The notes: generated by a model from the letters alone, not told the origin. Positions 35,520 through 48,848 are shown, counted from the first letter of the stretch. The stretch is DNA of 64,000 nucleotides from an uncultured Treponemataceae bacterium (GCA_964540615.1 CAZINN010000008.1:2641-66640); one strand, 5' to 3'. Translations and numbers: made by a program.

Positions 35520-36920
35520 CTATACCTTTGAGCTGTAATCCTTGATGGAACGTATCAGGGACTGGATAGTCGATTCCAAATTTGGATCGAGTTTCAATCT
35601 CTCTTCTATTTTTTGGCATGCATGCATGACTGTTGTATGATCGCGACCGCCGAATTCGAAGCCCAATTCCGTTGTCGAATATTCGGTGATGTCTCGCGCG
35701 ATATACATCGCGATTTGCCGCGGGAATGCGATGTTTTTCGTCCTTTTTTTGCCCTTAAGATCGCTGTAGGAGAGCTTGAAATAATCTGCAACAACGCGGA
35801 GGATGTTGTCTATTGTGACGTTGCCGTGTTTCGACTGACTGAAGACGTCCTTGAGTTGACTCTGGGCGATCTCCAGGGTTATGTCTTTTCTGACGAGCTG
35901 CGCGTATGCAGCGAGTTTCGTCAACGCAGCTTCGAGATCGCGGACGTTCGTGGAAATATTTTTTGCGATAATCTCCACGACATCGTCGGGGACACTGATA
36001 CGCATCGATTCTATTTTCTTTTTGAGAATGGCGCACCGCGTTTCAAAATTGGGCGGTTGCAAGTCTACATTCAGTCCGCGCTCGAAACGACTCCGGAGTC
36101 TATCGGACAGATTTTTGAGCTCTGACACCGGCCGGTCGCAGGTGAAAACCATTTGCTTATTTGCATCGTACAGCGCGTTGAAGGTGTGGAACAATTCTTC
36201 CTGGCTTCCAAGTTTGTTTTGGAGAAAATGAATATCGTCTATCAACAGGACATCCACATAGCGGTACTTATTCTTGAAATTCTGCGTGGTCTTATCGTGA
36301 ATCGACTGGATGAACTCGTTGGTGAAATCTTCGGCGGTAATACAGATGATTTTCATTTTCGGCATCTCGGCCCATACTCGATTGCCGATAGACTGCATGA
36401 GGTGTGTTTTCCCAAGCCCCACCCCGCCGTAGATGAGAAAAGGATTGTATGAGGTGCCGGGGTTTTTCGATATTGCGAGGGCGGCGTTGGCCGCGAATCC
36501 GTTATTGTCGCCGATAACGAAGTTCTCGAATACATAGTCCGAGCGCAATTGAGGATGCTTGCCGCGGTCTTTCACATTTCGGTCTTCTGTTTTTTGTTTC
36601 GACGTCTGTTTTGACGAGGGTTCGGACTCGTTTTTGCGATCCCCGTCTTGATTGATCGAGGCCTCGGCTGGTTTTTTGACGATGAACTCGACGGCGATGT
36701 GTTTGCCGGTTATATCGAAGAGTTTGTTTTCCAGATACTTTTGATATTGCTTGATGAGCTGGTCCCGATAAAAGTTTGAGGGGACAGCGATGATCACCGA
36801 GTTTTCCGTCGCCGAGTCGTATTGGATATTGAACCACATCGCGAATTCGTGTTCGCCGAGCTCCGCTTTGGTCTGGTGTATCGCTTCATCCCAAAAGACT
36901 TTGTAATTCCAGTTCTCCAT
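35520..36920 (-). CDS. dnaA: chromosomal replication initiator protein DnaA
   Basis: AAA+ Walker A GGVGLGKTHLMQ, LLIDDIHFL, and a C-terminal DNA-binding domain with GGRDHTTVMHA. Confidence 0.97.
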   Translation of the reverse strand: MENWNYKVFWDEAIHQTKAELGEHEFAMWFNIQYDSATENSVIIAVPSNFYRDQLIKQYQKYLENKLFDITGKHIAVEFIVKKPAEASINQDGDRKNESEPSSKQTSKQKTEDRNVKDRGKHPQLRSDYVFENFVIGDNNGFAANAALAISKNPGTSYNPFLIYGGVGLGKTHLMQSIGNRVWAEMPKMKIICITAEDFTNEFIQSIHDKTTQNFKNKYRYVDVLLIDDIHFLQNKLGSQEELFHTFNALYDANKQMVFTCDRPVSELKNLSDRLRSRFERGLNVDLQPPNFETRCAILKKKIESMRISVPDDVVEIIAKNISTNVRDLEAALTKLAAYAQLVRKDITLEIAQSQLKDVFSQSKHGNVTIDNILRVVADYFKLSYSDLKGKKRTKNIAFPRQIAMYIARDITEYSTTELGFEFGGRDHTTVMHACQKIEERLKLDPNLESTIQSLIRSIKDYSSKV

Positions 36921-39262
<2,342 letters not shown>

Positions 39263-39275
39263 GGAATAGCATTCG

Positions 39276-41801
39276 ATGGCCGAGCTGACCGGAAAGACGA
39301 TTCTCGTTCCCATCGAGGACGAGATGAAAACCGCCTACCTGAACTACGCGATGTCAGTAATCGTGGCGCGTGCTCTTCCTGATGTGCGCGACGGTCTTAA
39401 GCCGGTGCATCGGCGCCTTTTGTATGCAATGGATGAATTGGGCTTACAGCCCAACGCCGCGACAAAGAAAAGCGCGCGCATAACCGGCGACGCGATGGGT
39501 AAGTACCACCCGCACGGCGACTTCTCCCTCTACGACGCCCTGGTGCGCATGGCCCAGGATTTTTCGCTCAGGTACCCCCTTGTTCAGGGACAGGGGAATT
39601 TCGGTTCTATCGATGGCGATCCACCGGCGGCGAGCCGATACACCGAAGCGAAGCTTTCGAAACTCGGCGCCGAGATGCTCGTCGATCTGGACAAAGACAC
39701 CGTGACCTTTGTCCCCAATTACGACGACACGCTCAAAGAGCCCTCGGTTCTACCCTCAGCCGTACCCAATCTCCTCGTCAATGGGTCTTCAGGCATCGCG
39801 GTCGGCATGGCGACCAATATGGCACCGCATAATCTCACCGAGATAGGCAATGCCATCGCCGCCTATATCGACGATCCTGATATCAACGTCGACGGGCTCA
39901 TGAAGTATGTTTCCGGACCCGATTTTCCCACCGGCGGTATCATTTTCGGGAAGCGGGGTATCCGCGAGGCCTATATCAGCGGCCGGGGGAAGCTGATCGT
40001 CCGCGGCAAATTTCAGATCGAGACATTGAAGGGCGGCCGCGAGCAGCTGGTGTTTACAGAAATTCCTTACGCCGTGAACAAGACCGCGCTCATTACGCGG
40101 ATAGCCGATCTCATACGTGACAAGGTTCTTGACGGCGTCTCTGATCTCCGCGACGAGTCTGATCGCGAAGGGCTGCGCATTGTTCTCGAGTTGAAGAAAG
40201 GCGCTATCCCCAAACTCGTGCTCAACCGTCTGTTCGCGCATACTCCGCTTCAGTCCAGCTTCGGCATAATAAATATGGCGATTGTCGATGGCAGGCCGAA
40301 GCTTCTCACGCTTAAGGAACTCATTAGTCATTTCGTAGCGCATCGCGTCGATGTGGTGACCCGTCGATCGCGCTTCGAACTGCGCAAGGCCGAGGAACGG
40401 GCACATATTCTCCGCGGCCTTGTCATTGCACTTGCAAACATCGACGAAGTTGTCCAGATCATCAAGACAAGCACGGATACCGATACCGCGAAGCAGCGTC
40501 TCGAATCGCGATTCGGCCTCGACGCGCTGCAATCCCAGGCAATTCTGGATATGCGACTCGCCCGCCTTACCAGTCTGGAAACCACGAAAGTCGAGGCCGA
40601 ACTTCGAGAAACCGAGGCTCGAATAAATTATTTGAAGGAACTTTTGGCCAGCGATACCAGGCTTCGTGAGCTGGTGAAAACCGAAACGCTTGCGATAGCT
40701 CAGAAGTATGGCGATCCACGGCGCACAGAAATCGTCAGCGATGAAATCGAGCAGATAAATATCGAAGATCTCATCAAGCGCGAGGAAATGGTCATTCTCA
40801 TTTCCCATAAGGGCTTTATGAAGCGAGTATCGGCAGCCGCATATCGGAACCAGGGTCGCGGCGGCAAGGGGTCGAATACCGCAGCGCTTCTTGAAGATGA
40901 TTTTCTCGAGCAGGTTTTTGTTGCTAACACCCACGATTACCTACTTTTCATCTCCAGCGAGGGCAAGGCGTATTGGCTGAAGGTGCATGAAATTCCAGAA
41001 GCTACACGCGCCGCCCGGGGCGTGCATATCAAAGGTCTCCTCGCGATTTCTCCGAATGAGGAAATAACCACAATCATCGATCTTTCTGACTTCAGAGAGA
41101 CGGACTATCTTTTGATGGGAACGCTTCGTGGTGTCGTTAAGAAGGTGGCGACCAACGCCTTCGAAAACGCCAAAACCCGCGGAATCATCGCAATTAATCT
41201 TGACGAGGGAGACAGGTTGGTTTCGGCCTGCCTGACCCGTGGAAGCGATGAGGTGGTGCTTATTACGCGAAAGGGCCAGGCGCTTAGGATAACGGAAGAT
41301 GATGTTCGGGCAATGGGCCGTGCGTCACGCGGCGTTTGTGGAATAAAACTGGAAGATAATGATGAATTGACAGCTATGCTTCGTGTCGCTCCCAATCAAC
41401 GGATGCTCATTTTGACTGAATACGGCTTTGGGAAGCGGGTTGATTTCGAAAACTTCTCTGTCCATGGACGGGCAACTCGGGGGCAGATGATTTATGTTCC
41501 TGAGGAGAAAACAGGGGAAATAGTGGGAGCGATCACGGTTTTTGATTCTGACGAGGTCGTAATTATAACATCCCAAGGAAAAACACTGAAGATCAACGCG
41601 GATTCGGTCAGTATTCAAGGAAAAACGGCGAAGGGTGTTCGTGTCTTGAATATTGAAAAGCCGGACTTTGTCATTGGTTTGGACCGGGTCGCGCGGGAAG
41701 ACGAAGCCGATGCACGCTCTACCGCTTCGCCGGGCACGGGCGATGAGGGGCAGGAAGTCCCTGAACCAAGTGATCATCCAATTCTTGATTCTTCTGAGTA
41801 A
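39276..41801 (+). CDS. gyrA: DNA gyrase subunit A
   Basis: [24 protein letters not shown], active-site region [11 protein letters not shown]-terminal beta-pinwheel repeats, acidic tail. Confidence 0.97.
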   Translation: MAELTGKTILVPIEDEMKTAYLNYAMSVIVARALPDVRDGLKPVHRRLLYAMDELGLQPNAATKKSARITGDAMGKYHPHGDFSLYDALVRMAQDFSLRYPLVQGQGNFGSIDGDPPAASRYTEAKLSKLGAEMLVDLDKDTVTFVPNYDDTLKEPSVLPSAVPNLLVNGSSGIAVGMATNMAPHNLTEIGNAIAAYIDDPDINVDGLMKYVSGPDFPTGGIIFGKRGIREAYISGRGKLIVRGKFQIETLKGGREQLVFTEIPYAVNKTALITRIADLIRDKVLDGVSDLRDESDREGLRIVLELKKGAIPKLVLNRLFAHTPLQSSFGIINMAIVDGRPKLLTLKELISHFVAHRVDVVTRRSRFELRKAEERAHILRGLVIALANIDEVVQIIKTSTDTDTAKQRLESRFGLDALQSQAILDMRLARLTSLETTKVEAELRETEARINYLKELLASDTRLRELVKTETLAIAQKYGDPRRTEIVSDEIEQINIEDLIKREEMVILISHKGFMKRVSAAAYRNQGRGGKGSNTAALLEDDFLEQVFVANTHDYLLFISSEGKAYWLKVHEIPEATRAARGVHIKGLLAISPNEEITTIIDLSDFRETDYLLMGTLRGVVKKVATNAFENAKTRGIIAINLDEGDRLVSACLTRGSDEVVLITRKGQALRITEDDVRAMGRASRGVCGIKLEDNDELTAMLRVAPNQRMLILTEYGFGKRVDFENFSVHGRATRGQMIYVPEEKTGEIVGAITVFDSDEVVIITSQGKTLKINADSVSIQGKTAKGVRVLNIEKPDFVIGLDRVAREDEADARSTASPGTGDEGQEVPEPSDHPILDSSE

Positions 41802-41849
41802 GCAGTCGCATACTGCCGAATACTCGGTTCGGTCGGCCCTGGCTCTATG

Positions 41850-41865
41850 TGTTTCACGTGAAACA
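41850..41865. other. parS centromere-like site, perfect consensus TGTTTCACGTGAAACA
   Basis: Exact 16-bp palindrome 49 nt after the gyrA stop, about 4.5 kb from the dnaA spacers. parA/parB are encoded at 61.8-63.5 kb. Confidence 0.8.
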
Positions 41866-41899
41866 TCTGAAATGGCGATATTCAGCCGGGGACAGTTAT

Positions 41900-41937
41900 G
41901 GGAACCTCTAAAAATCCGGTTGGTTTTTAAGGTCCCC
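41900..41937. repeat. degenerate copy of a 38-39-nt palindromic (REP/MITE-like) element
   Basis: GGGAACCTCTAAAAATCCGGTTGGTTTTTAAGGTCCCC, flanked by TTAT on both sides. Lies between convergent gyrA and the radical SAM gene and abuts the latter's stop codon. Confidence 0.6.
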
Positions 41938-43155
41938 TTATGATTCGAGCCTGAGGGATATGTAATTAAACTGCGCCCCCTCTCGAATAATCGATGTAAC
42001 AAATGACATAAGACGAGGATTATCCAAAACCGATCTCAGTTCCCCCTGTACTAGAGCAGTTTCGAACCGCTCAAGAAGCCAGGAACTCGGCAATGTGCGG
42101 GTTCGTCGATAGAAACGACGAAGCTCAATAAGCCATCGATCATATCGGTCTGCGCTTCGTTTCAATGGCTGAATATCGACGTTCCTTTCACGGTAGAGAT
42201 CGATCATGTCGCGAAAAAGAATCCGAAGGGCGTCATATTGGGGAATCATGGGTGCATAGTGTGAATAGGGGAGCAGATGTGGTATGCCGAGATCTTTCTG
42301 AATGCGTGACACTGTATTGAAAAGAACAGCTTGAGCCTTCTGTGAAGGCGATCCTGACGGTCGTTCTTCGGAATAGATGGCCTTGGTATGTTCAAGACAG
42401 GAGGGATAGCAGGCAGCGACCGTATCGATGTAGCACTGTTTCTGCCTGCCAGGACGCAACGTCAAGCCGCCTGGCATTATGAAATCAACGCCGACTTCCT
42501 TGCATGCGGCAAACAGACGTCCGATAGCATCGGAACTATCTGAGAGGAGAGGGAGTAACGGCATTGCCAACACGCCTGTCACACAGCCTGCTGATTTGAA
42601 AAGGCGCAGGAGATCCAGCCGAGCGGCAAAACTTGGGGCTCCTGGTTCCATCTGGGCCCGAAGTGATTCGTCGATGCTGTTTATAGAAACAAGAAGGATA
42701 AAGCCGGCTCGAGCATTGACGATCTTCCAGGAAGGTAAATCACGTATCGGCAAGACTGATTTTGTCATGACCATTGCAGGAAGGGCGCGCGGCGATTCGG
42801 CCAAAAGGCGGGCGCATCTGCCGCTTATTTCATGCTGCTTTTCAAGCGGTTGATACGGGTCGGTGACACCGGATCCAAATGCGATGATTCCAGGTTCGCG
42901 AACGAGCGGAAGTTCGCGTTCAAGGCATTCAGGGATTGTTTCGCGTATTTGAATATCCGCTTCAAAATCACCTTCGACAAAATAGCGCTCAGCGCGGCCG
43001 TCGCAGTAGCGACACCCGTGGCCGCAGCCTCGATATGGGGCTATCTTATACAGTGCTCTCGTGAAGTTGTCCGGCAGGTCCCCCGGTTTCAGGAGCTTGC
43101 GGTATTTGCGGCGTCCCTGATCGAGTTTCTGTTCCTTCGGACCCGATATAGACAT
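41938..43155 (-). CDS. radical SAM protein (SPL / DNA-photolyase-like family)
   Basis: CGHGCRYC (C-x3-C-x2-C) cluster motif near the N-terminus. Confidence 0.75.
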   Translation of the reverse strand: MSISGPKEQKLDQGRRKYRKLLKPGDLPDNFTRALYKIAPYRGCGHGCRYCDGRAERYFVEGDFEADIQIRETIPECLERELPLVREPGIIAFGSGVTDPYQPLEKQHEISGRCARLLAESPRALPAMVMTKSVLPIRDLPSWKIVNARAGFILLVSINSIDESLRAQMEPGAPSFAARLDLLRLFKSAGCVTGVLAMPLLPLLSDSSDAIGRLFAACKEVGVDFIMPGGLTLRPGRQKQCYIDTVAACYPSCLEHTKAIYSEERPSGSPSQKAQAVLFNTVSRIQKDLGIPHLLPYSHYAPMIPQYDALRILFRDMIDLYRERNVDIQPLKRSADRYDRWLIELRRFYRRTRTLPSSWLLERFETALVQGELRSVLDNPRLMSFVTSIIREGAQFNYISLRLES

Positions 43156-43242
43156 AGAGCGAGGGTAATGTTTTTCATTCGATACAGCAATGTGCTGTGG
43201 ATTGACGGCGATGGGTCGCTGAGGCCGCGGCGCGGTCTCGGC

Positions 43243-44412
43243 TCAGCCGACGGCTTTTTTGAGAGCTTCTACTTTGTCCGTGCGCTCCCACGAGAAGCTG
43301 TCTCTGCCGAAGTGGCCGTAGGTCGCGGTTCTGCGGTAAATCGGTCGTTTTAATTCGAGACTATTGATGATGCCTTCGGGATCGAGCGCAAAGACGTTCC
43401 GAACCGCCTGTGCGATTCTGTCGTCCGGGACGGAGCCGGTTCCGTAGCTGTCGACCATGACCGAGACTGGATCGGGCACTCCGATGGCATAGGCAAGCTG
43501 GAGTTCGCAGCGCTCGGCGAGTCCGGCCGCGACGATGTTTTTTGCGACATACCGCGCCATATACGCGGCCGAGCGATCGACCTTCGACGGATCTTTGCCG
43601 GAGAAAGCTCCTCCACCGTGCCGCCCCATCCCGCCGTAGGTGTCGACGATTATTTTCCGTCCGGTGAGGCCCGTATCGCCCATAGGCCCGCCGATGACGA
43701 AACGTCCCGTTGGATTTACGAAGTATTTCGCATCCTTGCCGAGGAGTCCCGTGGGTTCGAGAACAGGTTTTATGATTCGTTCGATGATCGTTTCACGAAT
43801 TTCTTCGTAGCTTACATCAGGATCGTGCTGATGTGAGACGACGACAGTATCGATCCTGACCGGTGTATGACCTTCGTATTCCAATGTCACCTGGCTCTTG
43901 GCGTCGGGCCTCAGCCATGGAATGCTCTTCGCCTTGCGAAGCTCCGTCGCCTTGAGAAGAAGCTTGTGGGCGTACATGAGGGGCGCGGGCATCAGCTCGG
44001 GCGTCTCGGAGCAGGCGAAGCCGAACATCAAGCCCTGGTCGCCCGCGCCCTGCCGCCCCGCAAACTCCTTAAGTCCCTGCCCGATCACGCCCTGGTTTAT
44101 ATCGGGCGATTGGGCATGAATCGTGTTGAGAACCGCCATCGATTCGTAGTCGATGCCGTAGTCGGGATTCGTGTAGCCGATCTCGTAGACGACATCGCGC
44201 GCAAGCTGCTGAATATCGACGTATGTTTCAGTCGTTATCTCGCCGCCAATAAGGATCATGCCGGTGGTGGCGTAGCATTCGCAGGCGACATGACTCTGCG
44301 GATCCTCGGCGAGGCAGGCGTCGAGTACGGCGTCGGAAACCTGATCGCAGAGCTTGTCGGGGTGCCCTTCACCGACCGACTCGGATGTGAAAAGATAATG
44401 GTTCTTGCTCAT
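43243..44412 (-). CDS. metK: S-adenosylmethionine synthetase
   Basis: [27 protein letters not shown] and [12 protein letters not shown] 44412 chosen; the track ORF is an Arg-rich upstream extension to 44763. Confidence 0.95.
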   Translation of the reverse strand: MSKNHYLFTSESVGEGHPDKLCDQVSDAVLDACLAEDPQSHVACECYATTGMILIGGEITTETYVDIQQLARDVVYEIGYTNPDYGIDYESMAVLNTIHAQSPDINQGVIGQGLKEFAGRQGAGDQGLMFGFACSETPELMPAPLMYAHKLLLKATELRKAKSIPWLRPDAKSQVTLEYEGHTPVRIDTVVVSHQHDPDVSYEEIRETIIERIIKPVLEPTGLLGKDAKYFVNPTGRFVIGGPMGDTGLTGRKIIVDTYGGMGRHGGGAFSGKDPSKVDRSAAYMARYVAKNIVAAGLAERCELQLAYAIGVPDPVSVMVDSYGTGSVPDDRIAQAVRNVFALDPEGIINSLELKRPIYRRTATYGHFGRDSFSWERTDKVEALKKAVG

Positions 44413-44444
44413 CGCGGATTGTCCTTTCAAACTGAGATGCGTGC

Positions 44445-45941
44445 TCAATATCGGTATGCGTCGCTCTTGAAGGGGCCGTCGACCGGAACGCCGAGGTATT
44501 CGGCCTGTTCCGGACTGAGCCGGCTGAGTTTCGCGCCGAGTTGATCGAGGTGCAGACGGGCGACTTCTTCGTCGAGCCGCTTCGGCAGAACGCGGACGCC
44601 GGGTTTCGCCGCATCCCTGTGTTTCCACAGTTCGATCTGCGCGAGGGTCTGATTTGTAAAACTCGCCGACATGACGAAGGACGGATGGCCCTGCGCGCAG
44701 CCGAGGTTGACGAGGCGTCCCTCCGCCAAAAGAATAATCTCGCGGCCGTCGGGGAATATCCAACGGTCGACCTGCGGTTTGACTTCTTTACGGATGATCC
44801 CCGGGACGGCCTTGAGTCCGGCGACGTCGATTTCATGGTCGAAATGTCCGATATTGCAGACGATCGCCCCGCTTTTCATCCGCTTGAGGTGTTCGACGGT
44901 GATTACATCGATACAGCCGGTCGCAGTTATAAAAATATCAGCTCGCTCGACATAATCTTCCACGGTTCCGACCGAGTAGCCTTCCATGGCCGCCTGCAGG
45001 GCGCAGATCGGATCGATTTCGGTCACCACGACCTGGGCGCCCATACCGCGCAGGCTCTGCGCGCAGCCTTTACCGACGTCGCCGTATCCGCAGACGACGG
45101 CGACCTTCCCCGCGATCATGACGCCGGTCGCGCGCTTTATGCCGTCGAGGAGCGATTCGCGGCATCCGTAGAGATTGTCGAACTTGCTTTTCGTGACCGA
45201 ATCGTTGACGTTTATGGCGGCGACGCGGAGCGTGCCTTCTTTTTCCATGCGGTACAGTCGATGAACACCGGTCGTCGTTTCTTCCGAGACGCCCTTGAGG
45301 TCCGGAGCCGTTCTCGACCAGCGGTGAGGATCATCGGCGCCTATGGCGGCGAGTCTTCGAAGCAGGGCGGCCTCGTCCTCGGAGCCGGGCGCGCGTGAAA
45401 GAATCGAGCGATCGACCTCGGCCTGCAAGCCGAGATGGAACATGAGCGTCGCATCTCCGCCGTCGTCGACGATCAGATTGGGGCCGAGGCAGGGGCCGCC
45501 GTCTGGATTCGGAAAGCGCATGGCGCGGTCGAGGAGCTCCCAGTATTCATCGAGGGTCTCCCCCTTCCATGCGAAGACGGGCACTCCGCGGGGAGAATCG
45601 GGCGTACCGTTTTTCCCGACGACGACCGCTGCGGCGGCGTGATCCTGCGTTGAAAAAATATTGCAGCTCGACCACCTGACGTCCGCACCGAGCTCGACAA
45701 GCGTCTCGATAAGCACGGCCGTCTGCAGTGTCATGTGGAGACTGCCCGATATTCGCGCTCCGGCCAGAGGTTTGCTCTTTCCGTATTTCTTTCTCAGCGC
45801 CATGAGGCCGGGCATCTCCCGCTCGGCCAGCTCGATCTCGCTGCGGCCCCATGAGGCCAGCGAAATGTCCTTGATGAGAAAGTCCTGTATGCATTCGGTC
45901 GATTTTTTTGAAGCGCTGTGAACTGGTACAGAAACGCCCAT
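44445..45941 (-). CDS. ahcY: adenosylhomocysteinase
   Basis: [13 protein letters not shown] site [21 protein letters not shown] 45941 has AGGAGG upstream; the track ORF is extended to 46121. Confidence 0.95.
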   Translation of the reverse strand: MGVSVPVHSASKKSTECIQDFLIKDISLASWGRSEIELAEREMPGLMALRKKYGKSKPLAGARISGSLHMTLQTAVLIETLVELGADVRWSSCNIFSTQDHAAAAVVVGKNGTPDSPRGVPVFAWKGETLDEYWELLDRAMRFPNPDGGPCLGPNLIVDDGGDATLMFHLGLQAEVDRSILSRAPGSEDEAALLRRLAAIGADDPHRWSRTAPDLKGVSEETTTGVHRLYRMEKEGTLRVAAINVNDSVTKSKFDNLYGCRESLLDGIKRATGVMIAGKVAVVCGYGDVGKGCAQSLRGMGAQVVVTEIDPICALQAAMEGYSVGTVEDYVERADIFITATGCIDVITVEHLKRMKSGAIVCNIGHFDHEIDVAGLKAVPGIIRKEVKPQVDRWIFPDGREIILLAEGRLVNLGCAQGHPSFVMSASFTNQTLAQIELWKHRDAAKPGVRVLPKRLDEEVARLHLDQLGAKLSRLSPEQAEYLGVPVDGPFKSDAYRY

Positions 45942-46080
45942 GGTGGGCCTCCTTTTTAGCGTGTATTTTTTACCCGCCCGCAATATGGCCAAATCGGCGG
46001 GATCAAAGCGACCCGCAACGCACATCGCTTTGATAATACGAATATGGGGTATTTCGATCAGTTTTTCAATAGTCCCGACG

Positions 46081-47079
46081 ATGTATACTCTGTATATGAG
46101 CGACCGAACATCAAAGAGCAACTCGGCTCACAGCCGCCTTTGGCGGCGCATTCTGATTATCAGCACGGCTGTGGTGTTCGCCGTCGGGGATATAGCCGCC
46201 GATGCGCCGATCGCGGTCGCTTCGCCGAAGCGCGCGAGATCCGCAGTCGTCGCGGCGGCCTACGCATACCGCGGCGCGCCCTACCTGCGCGGCGGAACAA
46301 GCGCATCGGGATTCGACTGCTCGGGACTGGTCTATCGCGTTTTCCTCGATACGGTACATGTCGTTCTGCCCAGAACGGCGAAAGCTCAATACGCATTTTG
46401 CGAACCAATTCCGCGGTCGAAACTCCAGCCGGGTGATCTCGTGTTCTTCGATACTACAGGCGGAATCTCTCATGTCGGGATATATACCGGCGAAAATAGA
46501 TTCGTTCATTCGCCTTCGGAGGGCAGTAGGACCGGCGTAACAGAAAACGATCTTGATGAAAGTTATTGGGCGCGGACCTTCGTCGGGGCCGGGAGGGCCC
46601 TGCCGCCCGAAGAGCAGCTCGGCTTGATCGCATCGGCCTCCTTCGGCCCGAGCTTCGGGGCCTACGATTTTTTTCGGGGTCTCAGAGGCTCTTTGGGCGC
46701 GAGCTTCTCCTTTTGGGGACTCGAAGCGGGTCTTGAACTCAGACCGTCCTGGGATTCAAGCCTCGAAGTTCTCCGGATACCGGCCGTCGTCTCGCTGGCG
46801 ATCGACCGCCGGCTCAAGCTCTTCGCCGGGCCCGCATTGACGATCGGCTCGCCGAATTTGGATGGACGAATGTACGAGCCCTCCGGCGGCTGGCTCGCAA
46901 CAGCCGGGCTCGAGTACACATTCCATCGCTTCCGAATCGCCGGCCTTTCCTTCGCCCTTGGCGCGGAGATCGAATACGATCGATACATCGCTGCCGAGGG
47001 GGAGACAACCAGTGTGGGGCTGGACGCCGAAGCGCGACTGCGGGCGGGACTGTGCTTGAGTCTTCGTTGGGGCATATAA
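46081..47079 (+). CDS. NlpC/P60 (C40) peptidoglycan hydrolase fused to a C-terminal beta-strand-rich domain
   Basis: Catalytic Cys context [12 protein letters not shown] and His context [16 protein letters not shown]. About 170 aa C-terminal with an alternating hydrophobic pattern ending LSLRWGI. Start is ATG 46081 or 46096. Confidence 0.75.
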   Translation: MYTLYMSDRTSKSNSAHSRLWRRILIISTAVVFAVGDIAADAPIAVASPKRARSAVVAAAYAYRGAPYLRGGTSASGFDCSGLVYRVFLDTVHVVLPRTAKAQYAFCEPIPRSKLQPGDLVFFDTTGGISHVGIYTGENRFVHSPSEGSRTGVTENDLDESYWARTFVGAGRALPPEEQLGLIASASFGPSFGAYDFFRGLRGSLGASFSFWGLEAGLELRPSWDSSLEVLRIPAVVSLAIDRRLKLFAGPALTIGSPNLDGRMYEPSGGWLATAGLEYTFHRFRIAGLSFALGAEIEYDRYIAAEGETTSVGLDAEARLRAGLCLSLRWGI

Positions 47080-47086
47080 TCCTCGT

Positions 47087-48568
47087 ATGAACGACGGCTA
47101 CATTCTTGCACTCGATCAGGGTACGACGACCTCGAGGGCGATCGTTTTTTCGCACGCAGGCACGATAATCGGACTTAAGCAAATTCCCTTTACGCAGATT
47201 TTTCCGAAGCCCGGCTGGGTCGAGCATGACCCGGAAGAAATCTGGACGACACAGCTTCAGGCGGCGCGCGGGGCGATCGATGCCGCTCAGATCGAACCCG
47301 ATCAGATCGCGGCCGTCGGAATCACGAATCAACGCGAGACGACCATACTCTGGGACAAGACGACCGGCCGCCCGGTACACAACGCGGTCGTGTGGCAATG
47401 CCGGCGATCGGCCGAGATATGCGATGAACTGCGTGCCCTGGGTCTGGGCGATGTATTCAGAGAAAAGACGGGACTCGTGCTCGATCCCTATTTTTCCGGA
47501 ACAAAGATCATGTGGCTTCTCGATTCGATCCCGGGCTTACGCGAGCGGGCCGAGCGCGGCGACATTCTTTTCGGCACGGTGGACAGCTGGCTCGTCTATA
47601 AACTGACAGGCCTTCATATCACCGACCCGACGAACGCATCCAGAACGCTGCTTTTCAATATTCACACAGGGATCTGGGACGAAGAGCTCCTCAAAATACT
47701 TAAAGTACCAAGGGCGATGCTTCCCCGCGTGGTTCCGAGCTCGGGAGTCATCGGCATGATTCCGAAGAGCGTATTCGGCGCCGAAATTCCCGTCGCAGGC
47801 TGTGCAGGAGATCAACAGGCAGCGTTGTTCGGTCATGCCTGCTTCGAGCCGGGATCAATAAAGAACACCTATGGCACAGGCTGCTTTACGCTTATGAATA
47901 CCGGGAAAACACCGGTCGCTTCAAAAAACGGTCTTTTGACCACGGTCGCCTGGGACCTCGGCCGCGGATACACGTACGCTCTCGAGGGCTCGGTTTTTAT
48001 CGCCGGCGCCGTCATTCAATGGCTCCGCGACCAGGTGGGACTGTTGTCGGATGCGGCGGAGAGCGAGGCGATCGCGCGGTCGGTCGAGGACTCGGGCGAG
48101 GTGTTCGTGGTACCCGCATTCGTTGGCATGGGCGCCCCCTACTGGGATGCCGAGGCGCGGGGTGCGGTTTTTGGGATCACCCGCGGTACGACACGGGCGC
48201 ATATCGTCCGAGCCGCGCTCGAGTCGATCGCGTATCAATCGAGAGACCTTATCCGCGCGATGGAACTCGATTTCGGCGCGGATATTCCCTGTATCAAGGC
48301 CGATGGAGGCGCTTCGGCCAACAGCTTTCTCATGCAGTTTCAAGCCGATATTCTCGGCCGCAGCGTCATCCTTCCCGAGGTCGGCGAGATTACCGCGCTC
48401 GGGGCCGCGTATCTCGCAGGCCTGGCGGTGGGGTATTGGGATTCCGAGGCCGAGGTCGAGCGCAATTGGCGGCGGAGGCGCGAGTTCGCGCCCGACATGA
48501 CTTCGGAACGGCGGGAGCGGCTTCTCGCAGCCTGGGAACGGGCGGTCGCCGCGACGCGGAGGTATTAG
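47087..48568 (+). CDS. glpK: glycerol kinase
   Basis: [42 protein letters not shown]. Confidence 0.95.
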   Translation: MNDGYILALDQGTTTSRAIVFSHAGTIIGLKQIPFTQIFPKPGWVEHDPEEIWTTQLQAARGAIDAAQIEPDQIAAVGITNQRETTILWDKTTGRPVHNAVVWQCRRSAEICDELRALGLGDVFREKTGLVLDPYFSGTKIMWLLDSIPGLRERAERGDILFGTVDSWLVYKLTGLHITDPTNASRTLLFNIHTGIWDEELLKILKVPRAMLPRVVPSSGVIGMIPKSVFGAEIPVAGCAGDQQAALFGHACFEPGSIKNTYGTGCFTLMNTGKTPVASKNGLLTTVAWDLGRGYTYALEGSVFIAGAVIQWLRDQVGLLSDAAESEAIARSVEDSGEVFVVPAFVGMGAPYWDAEARGAVFGITRGTTRAHIVRAALESIAYQSRDLIRAMELDFGADIPCIKADGGASANSFLMQFQADILGRSVILPEVGEITALGAAYLAGLAVGYWDSEAEVERNWRRRREFAPDMTSERRERLLAAWERAVAATRRY

Positions 48569-48665
48569 GAGCGGAAACGACATCCTCAGTGCGTTTTCTG
48601 CGGCCGAAGGTCGTGATTCGTGCTACTATGCCTTCGACACAAATCCGGCCTTCCGAGGAGAGCTC

Positions 48666-48848
48666 ATGCGGCCCAACCAATACAGCGCGGAGAAACGGCG
48701 TAAAGAACTCGAGAAAAAACGAAAAAAAGAAGAGAAAAAGCGGCGGCACGCAGAGCTTAAAGGCCATGACTCTGCGGAGGAGGATCAGGAAACATCGCAG
48801 ACTAAGGCTTCAGAGGATGGTCCAGCCCCTGCTTCTGAAAACGAGTAG
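48666..48848 (+). CDS. small highly charged hypothetical protein (60 aa)
   Basis: ATG is preceded by GAGGAG at 5-6 nt. Lys/Glu-rich N-half (EKRRKELEKKRKKEEKKRR) and acidic tail. No recognisable family. Confidence 0.35.
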   Translation: MRPNQYSAEKRRKELEKKRKKEEKKRRHAELKGHDSAEEDQETSQTKASEDGPAPASENE

